DNA from: Candidatus Hodarchaeota archaeon
GTDB lineage: Archaea; Asgardarchaeota; Heimdallarchaeia; Hodarchaeales; Hodarchaeaceae
Length of the DNA stretch: 64,000 nucleotides
Direction of reading: 5' to 3'
Assembly (NCBI GenBank): GCA_029856365.1
Contig: JAHQWW010000007.1
Coordinates: 10,863 to 74,862 of the forward strand
The notes below the pieces were generated by a model, which searched no databases, had not been told where the DNA came from, and saw nothing but the letters and a program-made list of their open reading frames with translations. The position numbers and the translations under genes are program-made. Each line of letters starts with the position of its first letter. Position 1 is the first letter of the stretch. Positions 10,698-21,183 of the stretch are shown here, piece after piece.

Positions 10698-11975
10698 ATG
10701 GAAGCGTTAATCCTTACAGCTGGTAAAGCAACTCGTTTGTATCCTCTCACTAAAACCATTCCTAAACCACTAATACCGATTGCAGGAAGACCATTAATTT
10801 GTCATATTCTAGACGCGTTATCGGGAAATATCGATAGAGTGGTTATAGTTATTGGACATAAAGCAGATTTAGTTAAGCAAACTATAAACCAAATGAACTA
10901 TCCATTTGAGATCAGTTGGGTCACCCAACAAGAACAACGAGGAACTGGTCATGCGGTAAAAATCTGTGAACACTATATTGAATCTGATCCTTTTTTTATG
11001 ATGTATGGCGATATTTTTACTAGCCAGCGCACAATCAAAAACATAATAATATTGGGGCAATCTAATGATCTTACAGGAGGTATTTTCTCGGCAAAAAAGG
11101 TGAGGAACCCAGAAAAATATGGGTGCCTTGAGATTAAAAACAATAAATTAGTGAAAATATATGAAAAACATTCAAGTCCACCAAGTTCCTATATTAATGC
11201 AGGTATCATGGTTTTACCTTTAATAATCTTTAATTACTTAACCCATACTTCTGAATCTAGTCGAGGAGAGATAGAACTTACAGAAGGCATAAATCAGCTA
11301 ATCCAGAACCAAAGAGAATTGTTTTTTTCTATATATTATATAAAAGATCACTGGTTTGATATTGGCTATCCTTGGAATCTAATAACTGCTAATGAAGTAG
11401 GAATGCAAAAAGCAGAATTCCCCGCAAAATCTTCTTCATTCTCTGCTGTAACGATCGAAGGTTCCGTTAAACTTGCAGATAGTGCGATTTTAAGACCAGG
11501 TACCTTCATTCAAGGACCAGTCATCATTGATGAAAATGTTACTGTAGGCCCAAATTGTTTTCTTCGATCAAGCACATATTTAGGAAAAGGTGTTCGGATA
11601 GGAAATGGTGTTGAAATTAAAAGTAGCTTGATTCTTGAAAACACAACGATTGGCCATCTTTCGTATATAGGAGATTCAGTTATTGGAAAAAATTGCAATT
11701 TTGGTGCTGGAACTAAAGTAGCAAATCTAAGATTAGATAATAACGAAATTAATATGAGAATAAAAGGTGAGTCAGTCTCTACAGGACGAAAGAAACTTGG
11801 TGTTTTCATGGGAGACAATGTCAAGACAGGTATTAATGCCTCTTTAATGCCGGGAATAATTATTGGAGAAAATTCCATAATTGGTGCTCATACTTTAGTT
11901 AACCAAGATATTCCCCCGAATACCATTCTTTATTATGACCCTTTTCAAGGTTTAATTCAAAAATCTCTCGAATAA
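10698..11975 (+). CDS. glmU: Bifunctional sugar-1-phosphate nucleotidyltransferase/acetyltransferase (archaeal GlmU-like)
   Basis: ILTAGKATRLYPLT..PKPL nucleotidyltransferase motif, hexapeptide repeats, HLSYIGDS and NFGAGT. Confidence 0.9.
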   Translation: MEALILTAGKATRLYPLTKTIPKPLIPIAGRPLICHILDALSGNIDRVVIVIGHKADLVKQTINQMNYPFEISWVTQQEQRGTGHAVKICEHYIESDPFFMMYGDIFTSQRTIKNIIILGQSNDLTGGIFSAKKVRNPEKYGCLEIKNNKLVKIYEKHSSPPSSYINAGIMVLPLIIFNYLTHTSESSRGEIELTEGINQLIQNQRELFFSIYYIKDHWFDIGYPWNLITANEVGMQKAEFPAKSSSFSAVTIEGSVKLADSAILRPGTFIQGPVIIDENVTVGPNCFLRSSTYLGKGVRIGNGVEIKSSLILENTTIGHLSYIGDSVIGKNCNFGAGTKVANLRLDNNEINMRIKGESVSTGRKKLGVFMGDNVKTGINASLMPGIIIGENSIIGAHTLVNQDIPPNTILYYDPFQGLIQKSLE

Positions 11976-11993
11976 TTTAAGGTACGAACGAGT

Positions 11994-13466
11994 ATGAGAA
12001 AGATTCGTCTAAAAGAGATAAATGTCATACAAAAATCGATTCATGATACTCAATGGCGTATTGGATTAGTGTATCCAAACTCTTATTCGATAGGAATGTC
12101 AGGGCTGACAGTCAAATTCTTGTATCATCTATTGAATCAGCATCGAAACATTTACACTGAACGAGTCTTCTTTTCCGCTGATCTCCCTGGTCCTCCAAGA
12201 TCAATAGAAACTGGAAAAACACTCACTCAATTTGATCTTCTAGCTTTTTCTTTTCAATTTGAACTTGATTATATCAATGCCCTTAAAATGTTACTACGAT
12301 CGAATATCCCCGTTTATTCAAGAGATAGAACTTCCGATCATCCATTATTGATAGCGGGAGGCCCAACAGTCACTACAAACCCAGAACCTTTGTTAGATGT
12401 TGTAGATGTAATTTTCTCTGGTGAATTTGAAGTAATTTCGAAAAAATTTCTTGAGGCAATTATTACAAGCAAACACAGTAACATTTTAGAAGAAATCCTC
12501 TCAGTTCCAGGATTCTATTCCTCTCATGAGCCTGTAACACAGATAACACCGCTTATAACATCAAATCTCAATGATGTCAATTATCCTACCGCTCAAGTCC
12601 GTCCAATTAGTGGATGGAGAGATAGGAAAGGAGTGTTGGATGGTTACTTTCTTCAGGTGTCAAGAGGATGCGTTCACGGTTGTCATTTCTGCTTAATTGG
12701 AAAGATTTTTCGCCCAAAGAGAGAAAGATCATTAATTAATTTGTTTGAATTAATCGACAATGGGGCCAAAGAAACTGAAACAAATTTCTTTTCTCTCATT
12801 GGGTCGAGTACAGCTGATTATTCTCAAATTATAGATCTTTTAAAGTATCTAATTGAAAAGGAGCATAAATTCTCCCTTCCCAGTATTAGAATCGATTCAG
12901 GAATTGAATTACTAGAACAAATAAGGCGAAGTGGGTTAAGAAGTCTTAGCATTGCTCCTGAAAGCGCATCAGATGATGTTCGGTTTAAGGTGGGGAAAAA
13001 AATAACCAATTCACAAGTTTATGATTTTGTTAAGAAAGCAGAGCAAAATCAAATTCAGGAACTCAAAATCTACTTTATTCTTGGGTTATCTTCGAACCTA
13101 GTCTCAGAATCACATGAAATCATAAATTTTCTCCACAATCTAGCTGAATTATGTTCTTCACTTCGACTCAATGTTTCTGTAACACCTCTGATTCCAAAAC
13201 GTGGAACAAAATTAGAAAACCTATGTGTTAATTATAGAGAAATTCAGGCAGGTTTCAGGGCTCTTAAAGAAGGAATACCTAGGTCTATACGTCAAAAAAT
13301 GTTTCCAGTTCACTGGGCAGCAGTACAAGCTATTCTTTCAATTGGAGGTCGTGAATTAACACCTATCATGATTAATATTGCAGAGAATGGAGGATCTTAC
13401 CAGAGTTGGAAAAAAAACTTGGATGCAGAACCAATAGATTATTATCTTAAGCACTACTGCTTCTAA
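11994..13466 (+). CDS. Radical SAM protein with N-terminal B12-binding-like domain (YgiQ/YhcC-like superfamily)
   Basis: YPNSYSIGMS, AGGP..TNPEP, CxxxCxxC (GCVHGCHFC), SLPSIR and APES. Confidence 0.85.
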   Translation: MRKIRLKEINVIQKSIHDTQWRIGLVYPNSYSIGMSGLTVKFLYHLLNQHRNIYTERVFFSADLPGPPRSIETGKTLTQFDLLAFSFQFELDYINALKMLLRSNIPVYSRDRTSDHPLLIAGGPTVTTNPEPLLDVVDVIFSGEFEVISKKFLEAIITSKHSNILEEILSVPGFYSSHEPVTQITPLITSNLNDVNYPTAQVRPISGWRDRKGVLDGYFLQVSRGCVHGCHFCLIGKIFRPKRERSLINLFELIDNGAKETETNFFSLIGSSTADYSQIIDLLKYLIEKEHKFSLPSIRIDSGIELLEQIRRSGLRSLSIAPESASDDVRFKVGKKITNSQVYDFVKKAEQNQIQELKIYFILGLSSNLVSESHEIINFLHNLAELCSSLRLNVSVTPLIPKRGTKLENLCVNYREIQAGFRALKEGIPRSIRQKMFPVHWAAVQAILSIGGRELTPIMINIAENGGSYQSWKKNLDAEPIDYYLKHYCF

Positions 13467-13514
13467 GAATCATGTTTTATGGAAGGTTCGATAATGGAGC
13501 TTGAAACTAATAAT

Positions 13515-15266
13515 TCATCGAGATTGAGAGTCAATCATGGTTTTTGCATCCCGGAGGTATCGAAGAGCATCTCTTATATTTGCTATTGGGGAAATAGTCG
13601 CACTTCCAATTCGACTTTTGTGAATATTTTCTAATAATTTCTCGGCCAAACCCCGAAAGCGTGGAATAGTATTCGAGGAATCAGCTGTGAGAGTCTCAAG
13701 AAGCTCTTCAGCCTCTTCATTGCGCCCCTGTGCTGAAAGCATAATGGCCAAAAGACATTTTCCCTTCGTACGCTTAGGAACACCAACAAGCTTCTCTAAG
13801 CTTTCATTAATCATTTTTTGTGCTTCTTGAAGTATTTTAGAATCCTCTGAAAGCCGATATTCATTAAGATATACTTCAGCTAATGTGTATAAAAGGGTTG
13901 ATCGAAAATCAGGGCATTCATCAGTAAGCTTCATTGCATTGTGTAATAATGTCTTAGCTATACCAATATTATGGATGTGAAACTCATACTTACCTTGGAT
14001 ATAATTATAATAAGCTTTAGAACATTTTTTTAGATCATCAGGGGGCTTTATTGTCTTGAAAAGACCTGGTACTTTATCTAATCTGTTTAGATCGATAAGT
14101 AATTCAGCATATTTCAGCTGAACTTCATTTTGAAACTGTGGATCTTTCAATTCTAATCCTTCAACAATAGAAAGGGCCCTTTGTGCGTGAGCTAATGCAA
14201 GATCATCTTGTGATTCTAGGAAAAAAACATAAGCTAGCCCAAATTCTACTTTTATTTGGTAATTGGAGCAACAATAGTTTTGAGCTTTCTCAAGGACGAG
14301 TGTGAAAGTCTCCTTTGCTTCTTGTAATTGCCCTCGTTCAACAAGAAGCCAACCTTTCTGAATCAAAGGGTAAACGGATAATCCACCATCAATCCCTTTG
14401 CTTAGTAATGTTGTCAAGGAGAAAGCTTTTGATAAATACTCAGAAGCCTCCTCATGTTTTGCCTTGGCTGCATAATAATTTGCAAAATTTGTATAGGCTA
14501 TAATCAATCGATTATTAGCACTAATTAATTGAAATTGTTGAATAGCAGCTTCTAAATGATTTTCAAAGATGTCATCTTCTTCCTTATGAGACATTAGGAT
14601 GTAAATAAGTCCTATATTTAAGTGGTGTTGAGATCTTTGTGTTACTTTTAAAGAATTAAAGAGATCTACTTTAGCTTTTTCTATGTCCTTCACAGATGCG
14701 AAAGATTGTATTGGAATAAATAAATGCTCATATTTTGAATTAGAGTTCAATTCATCTTCAAAAACCTGTTTAGTTGTAAAATATACCTTTTCAAAAGTAA
14801 CCATTCTATTAGAGTTACTTAATAGGAGAATATATGGCAAAGCTATATCAAGTAATGCAAACCAATCTTTAGAAGATTCTAATTGAGAAAAACCTTCTCC
14901 TATAATTGTGATACCATTGTCTGAATTAATAAACTCTGTAATTCCCGCCCCAACATAAGATAATAACAGTGGATCAGAATGAGTTTCAGCTTCTCTGATA
15001 AGGAATTCAGATTTTTTAGTAAAAAATTCTATATCAGCCTGAATCCAAGCTAACTTCGAACACAATGCCCAAAGTACGGTAGGTAGATTTTCTTCTTTTT
15101 CAATAAGGTGTTGAATAAGGAAGTACCAGTCATCCAGCTTCGAAACGGAGCTTTTTTTCTTAATCTTCGAAAAATTACTTTTTATTATGTTAATCCAATG
15201 ACCATTAATACGATCAGTAAAAATAGCGAGCTCTGGGGGAAATTCTATTTTATTCATTTCAAACAC
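13515..15266 (-). CDS. Tetratricopeptide-repeat protein
   Basis: Repeated TPR-like helices (e.g. ANYYAAKAKHEEASEYLSKA; GWLLVERGQLQEAKETFTLV; LSAQGRNEEAEELL). Confidence 0.75.
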   Translation of the reverse strand: MFEMNKIEFPPELAIFTDRINGHWINIIKSNFSKIKKKSSVSKLDDWYFLIQHLIEKEENLPTVLWALCSKLAWIQADIEFFTKKSEFLIREAETHSDPLLLSYVGAGITEFINSDNGITIIGEGFSQLESSKDWFALLDIALPYILLLSNSNRMVTFEKVYFTTKQVFEDELNSNSKYEHLFIPIQSFASVKDIEKAKVDLFNSLKVTQRSQHHLNIGLIYILMSHKEEDDIFENHLEAAIQQFQLISANNRLIIAYTNFANYYAAKAKHEEASEYLSKAFSLTTLLSKGIDGGLSVYPLIQKGWLLVERGQLQEAKETFTLVLEKAQNYCCSNYQIKVEFGLAYVFFLESQDDLALAHAQRALSIVEGLELKDPQFQNEVQLKYAELLIDLNRLDKVPGLFKTIKPPDDLKKCSKAYYNYIQGKYEFHIHNIGIAKTLLHNAMKLTDECPDFRSTLLYTLAEVYLNEYRLSEDSKILQEAQKMINESLEKLVGVPKRTKGKCLLAIMLSAQGRNEEAEELLETLTADSSNTIPRFRGLAEKLLENIHKSRIGSATISPIANIRDALRYLRDAKTMIDSQSR

Positions 15267-15424
15267 TATTATTGTTTTTATTTAAAAAATATTTAGTATG
15301 TTCACGTTTTATCGAAAGGATAAAAAGTTTCATGTATTGACAAAAATACTAAGGAAGATTGAAATTTATTTCTGATTAGGATTGGAAATAGAAAATAATT
15401 GTATAAATTATTGGAGTTTGGAAT

Positions 15425-16624
15425 ATGTCTATCCTAATAGGCATCGTTGGAAAACCATCGTCTGGTAAAACAACTTTTCTAAATGCACTTTGTGGTACAT
15501 CGGCTAAAACAGCTGATTATCCATTTACAACTATCCAGCCAAACCAAGGAGTGGGGTTTGTTACAACACCATGCGTCTGTGAAGAACTCGGGGTAACTTG
15601 TGACCCCCGAAATTCAGAATGCATTGATAGAGTTCGTAAGGTTCCTGTCAAAATTATTGATGTGGCTGGATTGGTTCCGGGCGCATATGAAGGAAAAGGG
15701 ATGGGAAATCAGTTTTTATCTGACCTTGCTCAAGCTGATATTCTCATCCATGTGGTAGATATCTCAGGATCTCTTAATGAGGAAGGAGAAATAGTTGATC
15801 CTGGTAGTCATGATCCAATGAAAGATGTGAAGTTTTTAGAGAATGAGATTGCTGCTTGGATCCGTGGAATATTGAAAAAAGACTGGGATCGTGCTGTACG
15901 AAAAGCAGACACAGAGAAAAAGAATATAGTTGATTTTATTACCGAAAAAATGACAGGATTAAAAATTGCCAGAACGGATGTATTTAAAGCAATAAATTCA
16001 GCCTCTTTGAATACTTCAACCGTAAAAGAATGGACCGATGATGATTTACTTCAACTTTGCCATGAAATACGAAAAGCGGGTAAACCAATCATCATTGCAG
16101 CAAACAAAATTGATCGGCCTACGGCAAAAAAGAATTTTGATCGTTTGAAAAAAGAATTTGGAGAAATAATCGTACCAACTTCAGCTCTTACTGATATTGT
16201 TCTTAAAAATCTTGTTAAACATAATAAAGTAGAATATGTTTCTGCTAGTGGGCGTTTAAATCCAACGGGTAGTATGTCCCCTAAAGAAGATTCTATTGTT
16301 AATAAAATACAAACAGAGATATTAGAACCTTATGGAACCACTGGGATCTTTGAAACGCTAAATAAAGCGGTATTTAATATCTTACAACTTCAACCTATAT
16401 ATCCTGTGGCAGATGTCACTCATTTCAGCGATAATGATGGGAAGGTACTACCTGACGTATTTCTTGTCAAAAAGGGTACAACTATCAAAGAATTTGCGGG
16501 GATTATTCATCAGGATCTGTTCAAGAACTTCATACATGGTATTGATGCCCGTACGAACCGTAGAACTTCCGAAAAATACGAATTACAATTTGGTGATGTC
16601 ATTAAAATTGTAGCTGCTACATAA
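15425..16624 (+). CDS. ychF: Obg-family YchF-like ATPase/GTPase with C-terminal TGS domain
   Basis: GKPSSGKTT, YPFTTI.PN, DVAGLVPGAYEGKGMGNQFL, NKID and IHQDL TGS domain. Confidence 0.92.
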   Translation: MSILIGIVGKPSSGKTTFLNALCGTSAKTADYPFTTIQPNQGVGFVTTPCVCEELGVTCDPRNSECIDRVRKVPVKIIDVAGLVPGAYEGKGMGNQFLSDLAQADILIHVVDISGSLNEEGEIVDPGSHDPMKDVKFLENEIAAWIRGILKKDWDRAVRKADTEKKNIVDFITEKMTGLKIARTDVFKAINSASLNTSTVKEWTDDDLLQLCHEIRKAGKPIIIAANKIDRPTAKKNFDRLKKEFGEIIVPTSALTDIVLKNLVKHNKVEYVSASGRLNPTGSMSPKEDSIVNKIQTEILEPYGTTGIFETLNKAVFNILQLQPIYPVADVTHFSDNDGKVLPDVFLVKKGTTIKEFAGIIHQDLFKNFIHGIDARTNRRTSEKYELQFGDVIKIVAAT

Positions 16625-16631
16625 ATCAGTG

Positions 16632-17132
16632 TTAATCCTTGGTTTTATCATCCATTTGAGAAGGATATCTCTTCTGAATTAGTTTTCGAGTTTTAATTTC
16701 GCTAGACTTTCTGTAATAATAATTAGAAGAACGTTTAGGCCCAAAAGATCGTATTCCTAATGTTTTTAGCTTTTTTGTTAAGTTATCTGCGTTTTCAGGT
16801 GAAATTTGGCCTTGCTTAACTAAATAGTCAATTATTTCTAATCCTTCTTTATTTGTTCTTGCTCTAGCTAAGAAATCGTAAACATTGGGTTCGTAGTTGC
16901 TAAAGGGGTCTTGATTTTGCCTCTCTTCATTTAATGATAAAGAAGGCACTATATCATCTCCAACTTCATCTATTCTCATACTCATTTTCTTATTGGTAAG
17001 TTCTGCATATATCGCTGGAAATTTTTCTCTAATTTCATCGATTGTCATGTTCTGGCTTATTGCAAATGATTCTAAAGAGGATTTGTTTCGTAAAAGTTGT
17101 TTAGATTCTTTTGAAGTATTTTGGTTATTCAT
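16632..17132 (-). CDS. DUF2095-like conserved archaeal protein
   Basis: FPAIYAEL...YEPNVYDFLARA.T..EGLEIIDYL..GQI...GIRSFGPKR..YY. Confidence 0.75.
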   Translation of the reverse strand: MNNQNTSKESKQLLRNKSSLESFAISQNMTIDEIREKFPAIYAELTNKKMSMRIDEVGDDIVPSLSLNEERQNQDPFSNYEPNVYDFLARARTNKEGLEIIDYLVKQGQISPENADNLTKKLKTLGIRSFGPKRSSNYYYRKSSEIKTRKLIQKRYPSQMDDKTKD

Positions 17133-17156
17133 TGATAATCTTCCAAATATTTCATA

Positions 17157-18110
17157 TCATTCTAACAATTTAGGATTAACACAAAATTCAGGTTTTTTAC
17201 TATTCAAGACTAATCTTACCTGTTCAGCTGTGACCTGTCCAGCTCGTTCTTGCGCTTCTTTAGTGGAGGCACCAATATGAGGGGAAACATACAAGTTCTC
17301 AAGTTCAAATAATTTATTTTCTCTTGCAGGTTCGACTGAAAACACATCCAAGGCAGCACCAGCGATTTTTCCTTTCTTCAGTGCATCATAAAGAGCTTCT
17401 TCATCAACAATCCCACCCCGCGCGCAGTTCACAAGGAAGGCCGTAGGTTTCATTTTTTCAAGTTCATTCTCACCAATCATTCCCCGAGTTTCTTCTGTTA
17501 ACCACGCATGGATGGTAATGAAATCAGAAACTCGAAACAATCTATCAAGGTCATCGGTCAATTCCACCCCTATTTTTGCAGGTACTTCAGGAGGAAGATA
17601 GGGATCGTAGACTAGACAAGTCATGCCAAAAATTTGGACTCGCTTTGCAACTTCAGCACCAATTCGACCACATCCAATAAAACCTAATGTTTTACCATAG
17701 ATTTCTGTGCCCATTAATCGTTTTTTTGGCCACTTGCCAGCTTTGGTTTCATTCGTCGCTTGAACTAAATTACGACTGAGAGCCAGCATATATGCAATTG
17801 TTATCTCGGCAACAGAGATGGTAGATGCTCGAGGAGAATTAACAACAAAAATCCTTTTTTCTGTTGCTGCTTCCACGTCAATATTATCGACTCCAACTCC
17901 AGCTCGTCCAATTACTTTCAATTTACTTTTTTCGATCACCTCTCGAGTGACTTTTGTTCCACTACGTACAATAATAGCATCATAATCACTGATTTTACTC
18001 AGTAATTCGCTAGGAGAGAAGTGTCGTTCGACTACTTCAAAATTTTTACTTAAATTTTCAACTGCTGAAGTTATAATGGGATCAGCTATTAAAATTTTGA
18101 TTGTTATCAC
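17157..18110 (-). CDS. serA: D-isomer-specific 2-hydroxyacid dehydrogenase (SerA-like, no ACT domain)
   Basis: GRAGVGVDNID, GFIGCGRIG, NCARGGIVDE, ALDVF..EP and SPHIGAST.EAQ. Confidence 0.85.
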   Translation of the reverse strand: MITIKILIADPIITSAVENLSKNFEVVERHFSPSELLSKISDYDAIIVRSGTKVTREVIEKSKLKVIGRAGVGVDNIDVEAATEKRIFVVNSPRASTISVAEITIAYMLALSRNLVQATNETKAGKWPKKRLMGTEIYGKTLGFIGCGRIGAEVAKRVQIFGMTCLVYDPYLPPEVPAKIGVELTDDLDRLFRVSDFITIHAWLTEETRGMIGENELEKMKPTAFLVNCARGGIVDEEALYDALKKGKIAGAALDVFSVEPARENKLFELENLYVSPHIGASTKEAQERAGQVTAEQVRLVLNSKKPEFCVNPKLLE

Positions 18111-18349
18111 TTCCTCAATCCAATAACTAGCTCTTCTTTTTCATTACGGAGAATTAGCTTCAAAAGAAAGGCGTTTTATACAACTGTAAAAGGTTATGCC
18201 TAAAACAATACCCTGAAATTTCAAGGTAGCAATCTAAGCATTGAAGTAACAATCAAACAATATCAAAAAATACTCAATATTAGATAAATATTGAAAGAAA
18301 ACTGTAAATGGTTAAGCAAGCATTTAAAACTTTCCCAAAAAACGTCTGA

Positions 18350-18418
18350 TCCAAGTATCTCCGTTTTGGAATGTTGCTGAGTGAGTCAGAAACTCATATC
18401 CGCAGAACCTAGAGGAGG
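18350..18418 (+). promoter_or_regulatory. Putative eL15 ribosomal-protein leader plus Shine-Dalgarno
   Basis: GGAATGTTGC...GCAGAACC with an internal TGAG/CTCA hairpin directly upstream of GGAGG and rpl15e. It resembles, from memory, the archaeal eL15 leader pattern. Confidence 0.45.
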
Positions 18419-18423
18419 TAATC

Positions 18424-18990
18424 TTGATGAGTGCTTATAAATACGTATCTAAATTCTGGAAAGAGAGAAATCAAGACTTTCGAAGATTGCGAATATCCAG
18501 ATTGATCCAATGGAGGCGAGATCCAACTGTTATTAGAATTGAAAATCCGACAAGGGTTGATAGAGCTCGTGCACTTGGATTTCGTCGTAAAAAAGGTTAT
18601 ATCATGGCAAGGGTTCGCGTGCCCCGTGGGGGGCGTCGAAAATCCAGACCTAAAAGTGGCAGACGCTCAAAAAGAATGGGAATAAGACGTATTACTCCCA
18701 AGAAATCCAGACAATGGATTGCTGAAGAACGTTGTTGGCGTCGATTCCCAAATCTAGAGGTGTTAAACAGTTACCCTGTGTTAGAAGATGGTTTACATCG
18801 GTGGTTTGAAGTGATTTTAGTTGATCCTCATGCCCCAGAAATCTTATCTGATCAAAAAATCAACTGGATTTGTAATAGAAGTAGTCGCGGCCGTGTTGCT
18901 CGAGGGAAAACTTCAGCTGGCCAGAAAAGCCGAGGATTGCATCGCCGTGGAAAGGGAACAGAACACATTAGGCCTTCCTATGATCGCTGA
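18424..18990 (+). CDS. rpl15e: 50S ribosomal protein eL15
   Basis: MSAYKYV..W, PTRVDRARALG, RVRVPRGGR, FPNLEVLNSY, FEVILVDP and TSAGQKSRGL. Confidence 0.97.
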   Translation: MMSAYKYVSKFWKERNQDFRRLRISRLIQWRRDPTVIRIENPTRVDRARALGFRRKKGYIMARVRVPRGGRRKSRPKSGRRSKRMGIRRITPKKSRQWIAEERCWRRFPNLEVLNSYPVLEDGLHRWFEVILVDPHAPEILSDQKINWICNRSSRGRVARGKTSAGQKSRGLHRRGKGTEHIRPSYDR

Positions 18991-19095
18991 CCATTTTCTT
19001 TCATTTTTCTATGAAAAAACGTAATATGTGCTTTAATTCAATGTTGATTTGAATTAAAAGACACAAATTGAGAAAAATTTAAAGAGATTCTTGAT

Positions 19096-19854
19096 GTGAG
19101 GAATTTGCCTCGGAATTTCATTGATTCACTTGGTCCCAGATATGAATCATACTTATCAGTATATCTTCACACCGCCAGCCAGTTGGGCTTCTCGGAAATT
19201 TGGATTAGTAATCCAACGGAAGAAGAAAAAAATTTGATCACTCAACCTACCTTTACCTCTCTGATTCGTATGTATGAGCGATTAGATATTGGATTAAACC
19301 ATGAATCTAAAGCACATATGGTATCGATCCTTCGTCATCAAAGACGACAAATCCCAATCATAACGGTAACATGTTTAACCCCCGAACTCACTGCATGGGC
19401 AGCACAAGACAATCGTGTTGATATTTTAACATTTCCTGTTTTTCAGATTGGCAAGCTCATGTCTCGATCTATTGCAAAGCTTATGGTTAAATTTAAAAAA
19501 CACTTAGAAATTCAACTCTCCGATTTATACTCCCTACCTGAACGACAACAAATTCCAGCGTTGAGACAGATTCGTTCTGCCTTGGAAATTGCTTCGTGTA
19601 AGAATGTTCCCATTATTTTCACCTCTGGAAGCAAAAAACCTGATCAAATGCGGTCTCCACGAGAACTAACGTCATTGGGGCAAATGTTGCTAATGAGTTA
19701 CATAATGTCGTTGGATTCTTTGAGTATAATTCCCCAACAATTATTACAAAAAAACCTCCTCAAAATCAGTCCAAATTATATTGCTCCTGGAGTGTACAAG
19801 ATTCCTTCCCGAATACGGCCATCTATAACAATGGAGAAGGAGGAGGAGGAATAG
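19096..19854 (+). CDS. rnp3: RNase P protein subunit Rpp30
   Basis: AAQDNRVDIL and IIFTSGS...MRSPREL, in the conserved position after rpl15e. Confidence 0.85.
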   Translation: MRNLPRNFIDSLGPRYESYLSVYLHTASQLGFSEIWISNPTEEEKNLITQPTFTSLIRMYERLDIGLNHESKAHMVSILRHQRRQIPIITVTCLTPELTAWAAQDNRVDILTFPVFQIGKLMSRSIAKLMVKFKKHLEIQLSDLYSLPERQQIPALRQIRSALEIASCKNVPIIFTSGSKKPDQMRSPRELTSLGQMLLMSYIMSLDSLSIIPQQLLQKNLLKISPNYIAPGVYKIPSRIRPSITMEKEEEE

Positions 19855-19859
19855 AAACA

Positions 19860-20249
19860 ATGGATGAACGAATAAGGTATATAAATATTCGATTCATCAG
19901 TCCTATCCAACTCCAAGAGAAGGATGCTTGGTTTACTGTATCATCTGAAGTAAAACGCCTCTTTGGAACACATGGAGCGGCAGAGATTGGTTTATTTCTC
20001 TCCTATTTTGACCAAACAGCTCAAGGAGGTATTTTTAGGGCCTCACACAAGTATGTTTATCGTGTTAGATCCGCCCTTTGCTTTATCCACTCGAGACATA
20101 ATAATCCCCTTTTCTTATTTTCAGAAAATGTCAGTGGTTCATTGAAGAAAGCGAAAAAACTGTTATCGGGATCAAAACACTTAACTCGTTATCAAAAACT
20201 TCGAAAAATGCTTTGTATAAGTTGGGAACAACGTTTCGATGATGATTAG
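19860..20249 (+). CDS. rnp2: RNase P protein subunit Pop5
   Basis: RIRYI, LFGTHGA, GIFRASH..V..VRSAL and VSGSLKKA. Follows rpp30. Confidence 0.87.
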   Translation: MDERIRYINIRFISPIQLQEKDAWFTVSSEVKRLFGTHGAAEIGLFLSYFDQTAQGGIFRASHKYVYRVRSALCFIHSRHNNPLFLFSENVSGSLKKAKKLLSGSKHLTRYQKLRKMLCISWEQRFDDD

Positions 20250-20550
20250 ATACCAGACTGAACTAGATGTTGATACCGTCCCAGTCTGAGAAATTCCATT
20301 TGGAGTTCCCAACTTGGTCTTTGAGTAGAAACCATTTCCACCATAGCCCTACCTTTTCTTCTTCGATCAACAAAAATTAGCCATTGTTCAAACAAACTTA
20401 GGTATAAATACCTAAAAGTAACACATAGATTCTCACAAAATACAAATGAGTTAACAATCCTGGAGTATTTCCAACGCCTTTTGTACTTGTGTTATAGAGG
20501 ATAGATAGTGATGTATAAATCATGTTTTTAAGTTATATTATGCTGTTTCC

Positions 20551-20709
20551 TCATTGTAATTTAATTTGAAACATTGAAGTGTCTTCAGGTATTGGTTTAT
20601 TGGTTCCACACATTGGGCATACAAAGATTTTCTCATCATCTTTATTCTTAAGTATCCAGATTCCTCCACATGAACAGAAAATCGATAAAGTTTGGAATTT
20701 TAAATCAAT
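20551..20709 (-). other. Unannotated small Zn-ribbon reading frame (IFCSCGG...FVCPMCG) lacking an ATG/GTG/TTG start
   Basis: Frame IDLKFQTLSIFCSCGGIWILKNKDDEKIFVCPMCGTNKPIPEDTSMFQIKLQ* is bounded upstream by TAA with no canonical start. Confidence 0.45.
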
Positions 20710-21183
20710 TAGAATATATATGTTTAATATGTGATGTTATCATTTTAATTAATTATTTTCTAATTAAATTACTATTACTCAATTATATTCGGGGTTTATG
20801 CCAAAAAAAAACATTTTTTTCTAATTTTATCACAGATTATATTAGATAAATTCTAAAAACTATCGAAATGGATTCAATTCTAGTAGAATGAGTCAAAGGT
20901 GTTCCAGATTCCTTTCCATTAAGCAACTAGAGGTTAAAAGGATACAAACATGTTTCCTCTAAATAAACAACTTTAATTCTATCCCCCCTTTTCCCAACAA
21001 ATGGAATTATATATGTTGATATAATAATTCTATATCGGATTCCAATCCATGACTTCGAATAATTAAATAAACAAACACAAGTTAATAATACGTGTTTTGT
21101 TACTTTTTTCTACCTCTTTCACTGGAAGCTAACGCTATTAAGGCGATCTGGATAGTTCATCTTCGATTAACAAAGATTTGTTA

